Notes: generated from the letters alone by a model not told the origin. Counted from the stretch's first letter, positions 48,925 to 59,785 are shown. The stretch: DNA of 64,000 nt from Candidatus Yonathbacteria bacterium (GCA_013334825.1 JAAXWR010000001.1:11769-75768), one strand, 5' to 3'. A program made the numbers and translations.

Positions 48925-50835
48925 ATGAAATATCCTTTTCTTTCTGTCCTGCGAATAGTAAGTATATGTTTCTTTGTGCTGACTTGCAGTGTCCCTATCA
49001 CATTTGCCCAAACAGAATCTTCGCGTTCATACACATATGAACATATTGCCACCATGTTTACACTTCATGCGGACGCCAGTATGTCGGTGGAAGAGACACA
49101 GACGTATCGTTTCGTAGGGGAGTATCATCAAGGGTGGCGAGATATTCCGCGTAGCGGATATGATGATATTTCCGTTCGAGGTGTGGCGGATGCGGACACC
49201 GGAGAACTATACATGTATAGTTCGTCGCGTCTAGAAAAGACTGATCCAGCAAACTGGGGCAAGTACACAACATTCATACAAGACGGCGCAACGGTGATTG
49301 AATGGTATTACAATGCAAAAGACACAGAAAAAACGTTCGTACTTTCGTATGACGTAACAGGTGTTGTTGGTTTTTATTCTGATCATGATGAATTGTACTG
49401 GAATCTGTTTACTGACTATGATGTCCCTGTGCATATCGCCGAAGCGACGGTCATACTTCCTACTGAAGCATCGCTCGCGTCTCTTACGACGATGGCGTAT
49501 GTATCAGGAGGAACACTCGAGCATGCACGTGTCGTGGATGGACGTACAATTAATTACATATTTAGAGAGCTTGCACCAGATGCCGATGTTACGATTGCTC
49601 CGGGATGGCAAAAAGATATTATCTCGGCCTCGGCATATCGCATGTCATGGTTCGCACGCAATTGGGGATATGTTGGCACATGGATTGTAAGTATACTTTT
49701 TCCCATCGTGCTGTTTATCAGATGGTATCTCAATGAACGATACAAAAAGGGAAGAGGAACGATTATTCCACAGTACGAACCGCCGCGAAATCTTCGTCCA
49801 GCGATGGCAGATATTGTCATGCATGAACATCTCTCACAAAAAGCATGGTCAGCGACCATTGTCGATTTGGCAGTGCGTGGGTATTGTTCTATAGAGGAAA
49901 TACCTCTATCGGAGTTAGCACAACGTGTCCTTTGGGGTATCGCCAGTGTATCACTCGGTATCTTTTCTCTCGTTATATGGTTGTCTGACCCATCCCTTTT
50001 GTGGATTGTTGCTATACCACTTATGGTGATTATCTTTTTATCTTTCAAACAAAAAACAGGAACACCGACAAGTGTTGGCACTGAATACATTATCCGTCGA
50101 AAAGAGGATGGAGATATATCTCTTCTTGAAACATATGAGACAGATGTGTTAAATGCACTCTTTTCTGGTACAGACACATTTTCCACAAAAGAGATGAAAC
50201 GAAACGTAACAAAAGCACAGACACTCTCAAAAAGACTTATTGAAATTGCAAAAAATGTGGCGAAAGAGACTGCCGATGATACACGTGTATATGAAGTAGG
50301 TTTTCGTACATGGCAAAAGATACTCCCTCTGCTTATTGTTGTCGGCGTGGTGTTATACATATTCATCATCCCTGCCGGCATTCCTCACTGGGTGATATTC
50401 TTCCTTGTACTTATGTACGCAGGTGCGACTGTCTATATATATGATACATATAACCCACGTCTCAATGCCGAGGGGCATGTTCTTCGCGAAGAGATTCTCG
50501 GTTTTAAGATGTATCTTGAAACGGCCGAGCGATATCGTTTAGAGAATTTGACTCCTGAAACATTTGAAAAGTTTTTACCCTATGCCATGATATTTGGAGT
50601 TGAGAAAAAATGGGGAAAGGCATTTGAACATATTGCCATGGATGCTCCTCATTGGTATGTATCGCACAGTGTCGTTGCGGGCAGTATGTCGAATACACCA
50701 TTTTCTCCCAGTGCGTTTTCTGCATCGTTTGGTACCGCATTTACATCGTCATTTGCTTCGTCAGGAGGGGGAGGTGCAGGAGGTGGCGGTGGAGCTGGCG
50801 GCGGGGGAGGTGGCGGAGGTGGCGGCGCAAGCTAG
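48925..50835 (+). CDS. DUF2207 family membrane protein
   Basis: DELYWN, ATIVDLAVRGY, FEKFLPYAMIFGVEKKW, poly-Gly C-terminus. Confidence 0.88.
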   Translation: MKYPFLSVLRIVSICFFVLTCSVPITFAQTESSRSYTYEHIATMFTLHADASMSVEETQTYRFVGEYHQGWRDIPRSGYDDISVRGVADADTGELYMYSSSRLEKTDPANWGKYTTFIQDGATVIEWYYNAKDTEKTFVLSYDVTGVVGFYSDHDELYWNLFTDYDVPVHIAEATVILPTEASLASLTTMAYVSGGTLEHARVVDGRTINYIFRELAPDADVTIAPGWQKDIISASAYRMSWFARNWGYVGTWIVSILFPIVLFIRWYLNERYKKGRGTIIPQYEPPRNLRPAMADIVMHEHLSQKAWSATIVDLAVRGYCSIEEIPLSELAQRVLWGIASVSLGIFSLVIWLSDPSLLWIVAIPLMVIIFLSFKQKTGTPTSVGTEYIIRRKEDGDISLLETYETDVLNALFSGTDTFSTKEMKRNVTKAQTLSKRLIEIAKNVAKETADDTRVYEVGFRTWQKILPLLIVVGVVLYIFIIPAGIPHWVIFFLVLMYAGATVYIYDTYNPRLNAEGHVLREEILGFKMYLETAERYRLENLTPETFEKFLPYAMIFGVEKKWGKAFEHIAMDAPHWYVSHSVVAGSMSNTPFSPSAFSASFGTAFTSSFASSGGGGAGGGGGAGGGGGGGGGGAS

Positions 50836-50916
50836 AAATGCTTCCGCTTATACTCCCTTCATGATACACTTTGGCATATCGCGTATGCACGCGTCCCAAT
50901 AATCTTTTTTACTTGT

Positions 50917-51531
50917 ATGGATATTCTCGCAACACTTTTCGGTAACAAACAAATTATTAAACTCATGCGCCTGTTTCTTATGAATGCTGAGACCGGGTTT
51001 GATACGGACGATATTTCTTTGCGAACAAAAATTGCTAAAACGGCACTTCGCTCTGACATGACGCGACTAAAAAACATTGGCTTTATTAAGCAGACATCTG
51101 TCACAAAAGATGTCCCTGCGAAATCAAAAAAGGGAAAGCCAACAAAGAAACGCGTTGAAGGGTTTATCCTTAATCAAGACTTCCCATTTCTTTCCGGTCT
51201 TCGCCTCATGCTTATGAGCGATCATATGGTAAACCGAACAGAAGTAGTGGGACGTATCAAGAAAGCAGGACAAATTAAACTCATCGTCCTTTCGGGAGTT
51301 TTTATCCGTGAAAATGAGGGAAGGGTAGACCTGCTTGTTGTGGGAGACAATATAAAAAAAGCGTCTTTGGATAGTGCTTTGAAAACACTCGAATCTGAGG
51401 TGGGTAAAGAACTTTCCTATGCCGTTATGGATACCAATGAATTCAACTACCGTCTGAGTATGTATGACAAGTTCATCCGTGATATTCTCGATTATCCGCA
51501 TGAAAAGCTCATTGACCGAATAGGATTGTAG
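50917..51531 (+). CDS. Hypothetical protein, wHTH plus nucleotidyltransferase-like domain
   Basis: LFGNKQIIKLMRLF HTH-like N-terminus; LSGVF...VDLLVVG and KELSYAVM..EFNYR. Confidence 0.7.
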   Translation: MDILATLFGNKQIIKLMRLFLMNAETGFDTDDISLRTKIAKTALRSDMTRLKNIGFIKQTSVTKDVPAKSKKGKPTKKRVEGFILNQDFPFLSGLRLMLMSDHMVNRTEVVGRIKKAGQIKLIVLSGVFIRENEGRVDLLVVGDNIKKASLDSALKTLESEVGKELSYAVMDTNEFNYRLSMYDKFIRDILDYPHEKLIDRIGL

Positions 51532-51712
51532 ATGTCTCTTTATCCACACCCCGCGCCCTTCTTTTGGGCGCGGTCTTGGTATAATAGATATACAGCTTTA
51601 TCACGGTCGAAACATTGGTGAAGCTTACGCGTAAGCGCTTTTACCCACCGACCCGTGCGTGGGACAAAGAGCTCATTTTATTCATCTCGTTTAATGGAAT
51701 TCCAATATCAGT

Positions 51713-52396
51713 ATGTTACTGCAAACATGGAGTGATGTGCTCACTCAATCGTTTCAGGGATTGTGGCTCGGTGTGGTGGCATTCGTGCCGAACATCATCG
51801 TTGCCGTTATCATTTTCATCATCGGCTGGGTTCTCGGCTCACTCATCGGCAAGGTGGTTGCACAAATCATCAGTGCGGTGAAAGTCGACCGTGCGCTTGA
51901 AAGCGCCGGTGCCAAAGAATTGCTCTCGAAGGCGGGCTTCAAGCTCGATGCGGGTGCGTTCGTAGGAGGACTCATCAAGTGGTTTGTGATTATTGCGTCA
52001 CTCGTCGCTGTGTTCGATGTTCTTGGTTTGTACCAAGTAAACATCTTCCTTCAGACGGTCGTTCTTGCATATTTGCCGAACGTCATTGTCGCCGCGCTTA
52101 TTATTCTTGTTGCCGCAGTTATTGCTGACGCAATGCAAAAGGTTGTCGTCGGTTCTGCCAAAGCCGCGGAAATGCGCCATGCGTATTTCCTCGGTGGTAT
52201 GACTCGCTGGGCTATTTGGATCTTCGCCATTATTGTGGCGCTCGATCACTTGGGTATCGCCGCGTTTTACATGCAGACGATTTTCGTCGGTGTTATCGTG
52301 ATGCTCTCGCTTGCCGGAGGTCTTGCCTTTGGTCTTGGTGGCAAGGATGCCGCGGATCGTGCAATCGAAAAGATGCGCAAAGAAATCTCTGAGTAA
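51713..52396 (+). CDS. Conserved TM-helix repeat protein (MscS/CmpX-like)
   Basis: Two repeats of F/YxPNI/VIVA; LAFGLGGKD. Confidence 0.85.
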   Translation: MLLQTWSDVLTQSFQGLWLGVVAFVPNIIVAVIIFIIGWVLGSLIGKVVAQIISAVKVDRALESAGAKELLSKAGFKLDAGAFVGGLIKWFVIIASLVAVFDVLGLYQVNIFLQTVVLAYLPNVIVAALIILVAAVIADAMQKVVVGSAKAAEMRHAYFLGGMTRWAIWIFAIIVALDHLGIAAFYMQTIFVGVIVMLSLAGGLAFGLGGKDAADRAIEKMRKEISE

Positions 52397-52432
52397 TTGA
52401 TTTCATTCTCCTTTTTCAGGATGATGAAAAAG

Positions 52433-52466
52433 AAAAAAGCGCGGACATTCGTCCGCGCTTTTTTTG
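52433..52466 (+). terminator. Intrinsic terminator
   Basis: AAAAAAGCGCGGAC-ATTC-GTCCGCGCTTTTTT. Confidence 0.75.
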
Positions 52467-52858
52467 TATGTGTATGAACATTTCACGTATCGATAAAACA
52501 TCACGAAAGTGGTAGTAACGCAAATTAATATAGCGGTATATTATTTTTGAATAGTAACATATTGGATATTGAAAATTGTTTGTGATTTGGTATTTTGCAT
52601 TTGTCATTTCAATCACGAGTGATAGAGAAGATTTGATAAGAGAAAAAGAATTTTTTTTTACACACCTCTTTTCTTGTAACATGATAGTCATGTTCTCTAT
52701 AGTTTCGTGTATGTCTATGTTCGTTCTACATGCATGTTGCATGGTTTCCGCATGGTCTTTGAGAGTCATATCGATTTAAAAATTAACACTGTATATACGC
52801 TATCTTTGAAGTTTCGTCTATAACCGATGACCTCTTACCTATTTCCTAAACAAAACGC

Positions 52859-52886
52859 TTGACATTATTTTTCATTCGATTATACT
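52859..52886 (+). promoter_or_regulatory. Sigma70-type promoter of the 23S-5S unit
   Basis: TTGACA-16 nt-TATACT about 250 nt upstream of 23S. Confidence 0.75.
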
Positions 52887-53401
52887 AGCCGGTACGTATG
52901 GTAATGAACTTCACACGCAGGCGGCAATAAGAACACCGACTCGGGGTTCCTATTGTCCGCCCTCGCGGCGGTTTTTCATTATCAGACGGGCTCGTTGTCA
53001 ACTGAAGAAGATATCAAGAGTCTTAATCGTCTAGGGGAAATGTGAAGCGCTTCGTGCGTCGACATTTCCCGAACAAAGGAATGTATCCTTTGCAACACGC
53101 CAAGCGCGACGCATTGCTTCGCGCTTGGCGTAAAAAGAAACGCGGTTAAGGGCATACGGTGGATGCCTAGACTCTCAGAGGCGATGAAGGACGTGGCATG
53201 GCTGCGATAATCTTCGGCGAGGTGCCCAGCAACCTACGACCCGGAGGTCTCCGAATGGGGAAACCCTATCCGGTAAACCCGGATAGTCTCGGTATTATAT
53301 CGAGACGCAAACCAGGGGAAGTGAAACATCTCAGTACCCTGAGGAAAAGAAACCAATAGGAATTCCCTAAGTAGCGGCGAGCGAAACGGGAAGAGCCCAA
53401 A

Positions 53402-53726
53402 CCGAGCACCACTCTTTGATTTTAAGGTATACTATTCACATGTGGGTGGTATACATCATTCAGCAATCTTTTTCCAAAGAGATATATGTAGGAGTGACGA
53501 GTGATTTAACCAGAAGAATGGAAGAACATAACTCTCACAGAAAAGGATCCTATACGCGGAGAAAGAATGAATATGAATGGGTTCTTGTTTATGCCGAAGC
53601 ATATCGGGATAAACAAGATGCATATGTACGTGAGTTTCGTTTGAAACAACGTGGACGTGCAAAACAGGAAGTCCTTAAGAGAGCAGCACGAAGTCTGCTT
53701 CCTTAAAATCAAAGAGTGGTGCTCGG
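53402..53726 (+). mobile_element. 23S intervening sequence with perfect 26-bp terminal inverted repeat carrying a GIY-YIG ORF
   Basis: CCGAGCACCACTCTTTGATTTTAAGG ... CCTTAAAATCAAAGAGTGGTGCTCGG. Confidence 0.85.
53440..53706 (+). CDS. Small GIY-YIG nuclease inside 23S rRNA
   Basis: WVVYII...IYVGVTSDLTRRMEEHN...YTR...WVLVYAEAY..KQDAYVREFRLK. Confidence 0.9.
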   Translation: MWVVYIIQQSFSKEIYVGVTSDLTRRMEEHNSHRKGSYTRRKNEYEWVLVYAEAYRDKQDAYVREFRLKQRGRAKQEVLKRAARSLLP

Positions 53727-53941
53727 GGTCGTAAGGCGGTAATGTCGCTTTTATAGTGAGAGATACGTGTGAAGGTTAATGGAACCGACTGGGAAGTCGG
53801 ACCCTAGAGGGTAATAGTCCCGTACATGAAAACCAGATCCGATCTTTGTTACCGTTCTTGAGTACTCCAAGACACGAATAGCTTGGGGGAATTCGCCGGA
53901 ACTAACCGGCAAGGCTAAATACTCTGAGAGATCGATAGTGA

Positions 53942-53975
<34 letters not shown>

Positions 53976-54026
53976 GGAGAGGGGAGTGAAATAGATCTGA
54001 AACCGTATGCCTACAAGGAGTCGGAG

Positions 54027-54131
54027 CCGAGCACCACTTTTGCTAAAGATGTGTTTATTCGAAATGTTATTGTGAGAAATTACAATATGTTTTTGTATTG
54101 AAATAACATCAGAAGTAAAAGTGGTGCTCGG
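54027..54131 (+). mobile_element. ORF-less IVS in 23S helix 25, same terminal repeat family
   Basis: CCGAGCACCACTTTT ... AAAAGTGGTGCTCGG around an AT-rich core. Confidence 0.8.
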
Positions 54132-54746
54132 TGACGGCGTGCCTATTGAAGAATGAGCCAACGAGTTGATGTATGCGGCTTGGCTAAGTCCTTGTCGGAC
54201 GGAGCCGTAGGGAAACCAAGTGTGAATAGCGCGTATTTGGTCGTATACATCAGACCCGAAGCCAGATGAGCTTGCCATGAGCAGGGTGAACGCAACGGAG
54301 ACGTTGCGGGAGGCCCGAACCAGTTGGTCGTGCAATTCCATTGGATGACTTGTGGTAAGGAGTGAAAAGCTAATCGAATCTGGTAATAGCTGGTTCTCTC
54401 CGAAACAGCTTTAGGGTTGGCGTCGCGTGATCCTTCCGGGGGTAGAGCACTGGAAGGAACAAACAGGGGGAAACCTCGTTGTTCCTATCAAACTCCGAAT
54501 ACCGGAAATTATAGCGCGGCAGTTAGACTCCGGGGGCGAAGCTCCGGTGGTCGAAAGGGAAACAGCCCAGATCGCAATCTAAGGTCCCTAAATCTATACT
54601 CAGTACACTTAAGGAGGTGAAATTTCTCAGACAATGAGGAGGTTGGCTTAGAAGCAGCCATCCTTTAAAGAAAGCGTAACAGCTCACTCATTCAGAGATC
54701 TTGCGCCGCAGATGATCGGGGTTAAGTATAGTACCGAAGGTGCGGG

Positions 54747-54845
54747 CCCAGCTCCACTTTTGTTTATGACTTGTTGTACATCATATCGTCTTCCAAGATG
54801 TTATATATGTATGAACAAAAAGTCATGAGTAAAAGTGGGGCTGGG
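54747..54845 (+). mobile_element. ORF-less IVS in 23S helix 45, same terminal repeat family
   Basis: CCCAGCTCCACTTTT ... AAAAGTGGGGCTGGG. Confidence 0.78.
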
Positions 54846-55556
54846 CGGTAGGAGAGCGTTCCTGTCCGCGATGAAGCCCAAGCGTGAGCTTTTGGGTGGA
54901 GCGTCAGGAAGTGAGAATGTTGGCACAAGTAACCGCAAGGAAGGTGAAATCCCTTCCCGCCGAAATACCGAGGTTTCCTTCGCAATGTTAATCAACGAAG
55001 GGTTAGTCGGGCCTAAGGAGATGGTGAAAACCGTATCCGATGGACACATGGTTAATATTCCATGACCCGCATGCGTTCCGATGGAGTGACGGAGCGTTGT
55101 ACTGTGAGCAAATAATCGGATTTTTGTCCGTGCCGTGAGGATGGTTCCATAGGTAAATCCGGGAACCGCTAGTCCAAGCGGAGCGGAAATTCTGCGGTTC
55201 GCCGTAGGAGATTCACAGGAGCACGCTTCCAAGAAAAACTTCTCAGGTTAAACGTATGCGGACCGTACCGCAAACCGACACAGGTGGTAGAGTCGAGAAG
55301 ACTAAGGCGAACGAGTGATAATTCCCCAAGGAACTCGGCAAAAAAGCAGCCGTAACTTCGGAATAAGGCTTTCCAGCTCTTTCTTCGGAAAGGGCTGGAT
55401 GCAGCGAAAGTATCTCTGGCGACTGTTTATCAAAAACACAGCTCCCTGCGAACTCGCAAGAGGATGTATAGGGGGTGACGCCTGACCAATGCCGGAAGGT
55501 CAAACATGGATGGTCCAAGGGACGCAAGTTTTTTGGGCTGGGCTATGTAAGCCCCG

Positions 55557-55607
<51 letters not shown>

Positions 55608-55920
55608 TGGTAAGTTCAGACCCGCACGAATGGCGCAACGATCAGAGAACTGTCTCGGGGAACAGCTCGGTGAAAATACAGTACCGGTGAAGATGCCGGT
55701 TACCTACAGCTAGACGAAAAGACCCCAGGAGCTTTACTGCAACTTCATATTGGGTATGTGCTCTTACTGCGTAGAATAGGTGGGAGGCTTTGAAGCGGTT
55801 CTTTTGGGAGCCGTGGAGCCGACAGTGAAATACCACTCTGTAAGGGGGCATATTCTAACCCGTACGGCAAAACCGTGCGGAGACAGTGTGTGGTGGGTAG
55901 TTTGAGTGGGGCGCTCTCCT

Positions 55921-56292
55921 TCGGGATGGCATATGTGTAAACATATGGTATCCCGAAACAGGAGCGCCTCCGAGGTATCATCCGGTACCTGAAACAAATA
56001 AATGAGGGGGACGCCATACGGTAACGTATGTGTCGTGAACCAAGCTATATGCCGGAATATCCGAGTATCTTTTGTGTCGTTCTTCTCATTATGAAGAGAA
56101 CGGAACAGTACAAAAGTGCGGACAATCGGCAGGGAAGATGTATATGACAACATGTCTACATCCCCTCAGAGGCCATACGCTTGGATTCCTTGTTAAACAA
56201 GGAATAAGAGATGGTCCGATCTTCATGGCGACATGGAGTGTATATCAACCCGTTGATATACGGCCACTATTCATACTAGTGGTACCAGTATG
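55921..56292 (+). ncRNA. Group I intron at 23S position ~L2262, ORF-less
   Basis: Interrupts GCGCTCTCCT|CCTAAA; preceded by U, ends in G; P3 CCAAGC/GCTTGG, R TCAGAGGCCATA, S AAGAGATGGTCC. Confidence 0.85.
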
Positions 56293-56624
56293 CCTAAACT
56301 GTAACGGAGGAGTCTAAAGGTTGGCTAGGCGCGAATGGACACCGTGCCGATAGTGTAATGGCACAAGCCAGCTTGATTGCGAGGCGTACATGCCGAGCAG
56401 GTGCGAAAGCAGAGCATAGTGAACCGATGGTTCGCTTTAGACGCGGCCAGAGATTAACGGATAAAAGCTACCCTGGGGATAACAGGCTAGTTCCGCCTAA
56501 GCGTTCAGAGCGACGGCGGAGTTCGGCACCTCGATGTCGGCTCAACTTATCCCGGGGCTGGAGAAGGTCCCAAGGGTTTGGCTGTTCGCCAATTAAAAAG
56601 TTACGCGAGCTGGGTTCAGACCGT

Positions 56625-56975
56625 TCAGGGGCGTATGATATGCGTATGCATGTCATAGGCCTCTGAACCAATCTGAACCCGAGGAAGACATCAATACGGC
56701 GGCATCATATAGCAATATATGATGAGAAGTTAACTGATATCGGTGAAATCCTTTTCACATGACCAGAAAAGGACAATACCGAGGGAATTATATTGTTTAC
56801 AATATATGCCCGTAGAGACTGCACGTTAACCGCCCAGCTTCATTTTTATCGCAAGGTGAGAGTGAATAAACCATGTTAAAAAGTGGTGCTGGGATGAAGA
56901 TATAGTCCGATCCCGTTGGTAACAGCGGTGTCATTCATAAAATCATATAAAGTATCTATGAATGGCTACATCATG
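56625..56975 (+). ncRNA. Group I intron at 23S position L2593, ORF-less
   Basis: Interrupts AGACCGT|CGTAAGACAG; ends in G; R GTAGAGACTGCA, S GAAGATATAGTCC. Confidence 0.88.
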
Positions 56976-57410
56976 CGTAAGACAGGTTGGTCTCCTATCT
57001 GCTGTAGGCGTTGATTCTTGAGAAGATCCGTTCGTAGTACGAGAGGACCCGAATGGACTAACCTCTGGTGTACCGGTTGTTCCGCCAGGAGCACGGCCGG
57101 GTAGCTATGTTGGGAATGGATAACCTCTGAAAGCATCTAAGAGGGAAGCCAACTTCAAGATGAGGAATCGTTTGAAACTCCTCAGAGATGATGAGGTTGA
57201 TAGGCACCAGGTGGAAGCGCAGTGATGCGTTGAGCCGAGGTGTACTAATGCGTTGACGCGTTTCTTCTTGCGCCAAGCGCGGTTTGATGCCGCGCGGCGT
57301 GTTGCAAGCACTCTTTTTGTTCGGGAAATGCCGGCGTATGCCGCGTTTCCCAGACGTTGATTTTTTGATATCTTTTTCAGGGCACTTACGATTATTATAT
57401 AGTCGCATGT

Positions 57411-57527
57411 TGTGTTCCGGTGATTCGTCGGAGGGGTCACACCCGGTCTCATTCCGAACCCGGCAGTTAAGCTCTCTTGAGGCGATGATACTCCTTCGGG
57501 GGGAAAGTAGCTCGTCGCCGGAACACA
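57411..57527 (+). rRNA. rrf: 5S rRNA
   Basis: CACCCGGTCTCATTCCGAACCCGGCAGTTAAG; terminal stem TGTGTTCCGG/CCGGAACACA. Confidence 0.95.
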
Positions 57528-57618
57528 CTATACGACACAAAAAACAGTTCGCGTTACGTGGACTGTTTTTTGTTTTTAGAGTCTTTCTCGTAGATACATG
57601 GTATAATATAGGGCATAT

Positions 57619-58404
57619 ATGTCATCATGGTCTGGAAAAAGAAGATCGATGTATCTCCTTGTTGCGGTGGGTATAGTTATTGCGGCAGTATCAATACCAA
57701 TCTTTTTATATGTGAATCGTCCTGAAACATGTACAGATGGTTTGAAAAATCAAAATGAAGAAAATGTAGATTGTGGAGGTGTGTGTACCGCAGTGTGTCA
57801 GACGGGGTCGCGAAGTCTCGTTGTTGATTGGGCGAGAGCGTTTAAAGTTGGTGATGGATTGTATGACCTTGGTGCACTCATTGAAAATGCCGATGTGGAA
57901 ACAGGTGCGAAAGAAGCGGTGTATCATTTTAAATTATACGATGATATGAATGTCCTCGTTGCGGAACGTTTTGGCAAGACGTTCGTTCTTCCGGGAAGCA
58001 AATGGGTTATCTTTGAGGGAAATATTAATACAGGAGAACGAACACCGCGTCACGCTTTTATTGAATTTTCTGATACTATTGCATGGATGCGTGTCGATAC
58101 GTCAGCCCCGTCTGTTCCTGATGTAGGTGTTCGTGATCAAGTATATATCGAACGAGAAGGGAAGCCCCGCCTCACTGCAACATTGGTAAATCGTTCGCCG
58201 TTTCCTGTAGAAAATATTGAAGTTGTTGCACTTTTGTCAGGAGCAGATGATACAGCGATAGGAGTAAGCCGAACGATTATTCCTCGTCTCGAGAAATATG
58301 GTTCCGTTGAACTCGTATTTACCTGGAGGGGAACATTCGACACTACCCCGGTAAAAATAGATATTATTCCGCGTGTCAATTATATTGCATCACCGGCACA
58401 ATAA
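57619..58404 (+). CDS. Membrane-anchored hypothetical protein with Cys-rich motif
   Basis: N-terminal TM; TCTDGLKNQNEENVDCGGVC. Confidence 0.75.
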   Translation: MSSWSGKRRSMYLLVAVGIVIAAVSIPIFLYVNRPETCTDGLKNQNEENVDCGGVCTAVCQTGSRSLVVDWARAFKVGDGLYDLGALIENADVETGAKEAVYHFKLYDDMNVLVAERFGKTFVLPGSKWVIFEGNINTGERTPRHAFIEFSDTIAWMRVDTSAPSVPDVGVRDQVYIEREGKPRLTATLVNRSPFPVENIEVVALLSGADDTAIGVSRTIIPRLEKYGSVELVFTWRGTFDTTPVKIDIIPRVNYIASPAQ

Positions 58405-58408
58405 ATGT

Positions 58409-59551
58409 ATGTTTGGAAAAGATATACGACATATGTATGACTGGCCACTTCTGGGCGCAATGTTAGGGCTTTTTTCTATGGGGCTGGTGACGATGTATGG
58501 GTTTACAGGAGAAAGTGCTTTTTTTATGAGACAACTCATTTGGGTTATCGTCGGATTTATTGCGTGCTTTATAACTGCATCGGTTGATGTACGTTTTCTC
58601 AAAAAGACAAGCATTCTCGTCGGACTTTTTTTGTTTTTTAATGTCATCTTTATATTGCTTCTTGCATTCGGTGTTGCGACAAAAGGAGCGCAGAGCTGGC
58701 TTTCATTTGGTGGACTTGGCATACAGCCCGCAGATCCGATGAAGCTTGTTCTTATTCTCATGTTTGCGAAATATTTTTCTCGTAGACATGTTGAAATCGC
58801 CCACATCAGACATATTTTAGTTTCGGGATTGTATGTACTGGTTCCTTTTCTTCTCGTGTTTTTACAACCGGACTTTGGCTCGGCAATCATCTTTTTTGCA
58901 ATATGGTTTGGTATGGTTGTAGTATCGGGTATCTCTAAAAAACATTTATTTGCAGTTCTTGGTCTGGGTATCGTGTCATTCGCGATATTGTGGCAATTTG
59001 TATTTTTGCCACACCAAAAAGAACGTATAATGACGTTTCTCCATCCGCTTACGGACATTCAAGGAGCAGGATACAATGCATTCCAGTCTACGGTGGCAGT
59101 TGGTTCAGGACAATTTCTAGGAAAAGGAATTGGTTATGGAACACAATCACGATTGGAGTTTCTTCCTGAATATGAGACAGACTTTATTTTTGCCGCATTT
59201 GCTGAAGAGTGGGGTTTTGTCGGATCACTTCTTTTGTTCGGATTGTTTGCTGTTGTGTTTGGGCGTATTATCAGTATCGCGTCGCGTGGAGCAGGAAATT
59301 TTGAAACATTATATGGACTCGGGTTGGTTGTGTTTTTGGGAAGTCATGTGATAGTGCATGTAGGTATGAATATTGGATTATTGCCAGTGACGGGGTTGCC
59401 GCTTCCTTTTGTGTCGTATGGAGGTTCACATGTATTGACTGAATGTGTTGGTGTGGGAATATTACTTGCTCAAAAGAAATATGCGCGAGCGGCTCACAAA
59501 GACGCATTATCGAGAGAAATCGTCGGAGTAGGGGATGCCCCCATTATGTAG
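58409..59551 (+). CDS. rodA: SEDS family peptidoglycan polymerase RodA/FtsW
   Basis: KGAQSW, QPDFGSA, TDFIFAAFAEEWGF, PVTGLPLPFVSYGGS. Confidence 0.9.
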   Translation: MFGKDIRHMYDWPLLGAMLGLFSMGLVTMYGFTGESAFFMRQLIWVIVGFIACFITASVDVRFLKKTSILVGLFLFFNVIFILLLAFGVATKGAQSWLSFGGLGIQPADPMKLVLILMFAKYFSRRHVEIAHIRHILVSGLYVLVPFLLVFLQPDFGSAIIFFAIWFGMVVVSGISKKHLFAVLGLGIVSFAILWQFVFLPHQKERIMTFLHPLTDIQGAGYNAFQSTVAVGSGQFLGKGIGYGTQSRLEFLPEYETDFIFAAFAEEWGFVGSLLLFGLFAVVFGRIISIASRGAGNFETLYGLGLVVFLGSHVIVHVGMNIGLLPVTGLPLPFVSYGGSHVLTECVGVGILLAQKKYARAAHKDALSREIVGVGDAPIM

Positions 59552-59785
59552 TGGTATTGAAAAACCCTTATATTGCAACATATATAAAGCACTTGCTTTT
59601 TTTGTCTTTTTCTGCTATAATACTGATGTGAGTGCTGTAAAGGCGCTTCCAAAAACAACGAATGTCTGCGTAAGTCCCGCCCTTGTGGCGGGATTTGCGT
59701 GTTTGTGTTTTTTGTTTTTCTGGTGGATATAGACATATCCGTCAATATTGATTGACAGGCATTTGGGGTGTATACTCTCGGCTAT

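Noticed and set aside
52416-52769. 117-aa minus-strand ORF
   Set aside because: Runs through a heptamer repeat and a terminator with no recognisable motif; at most a gene remnant.
52890-53134. tRNA or separate ncRNA upstream of 23S
   Set aside because: No cloverleaf or TTCGA T-loop; the stems are explained as the rRNA leader pairing with the 23S-5S spacer.
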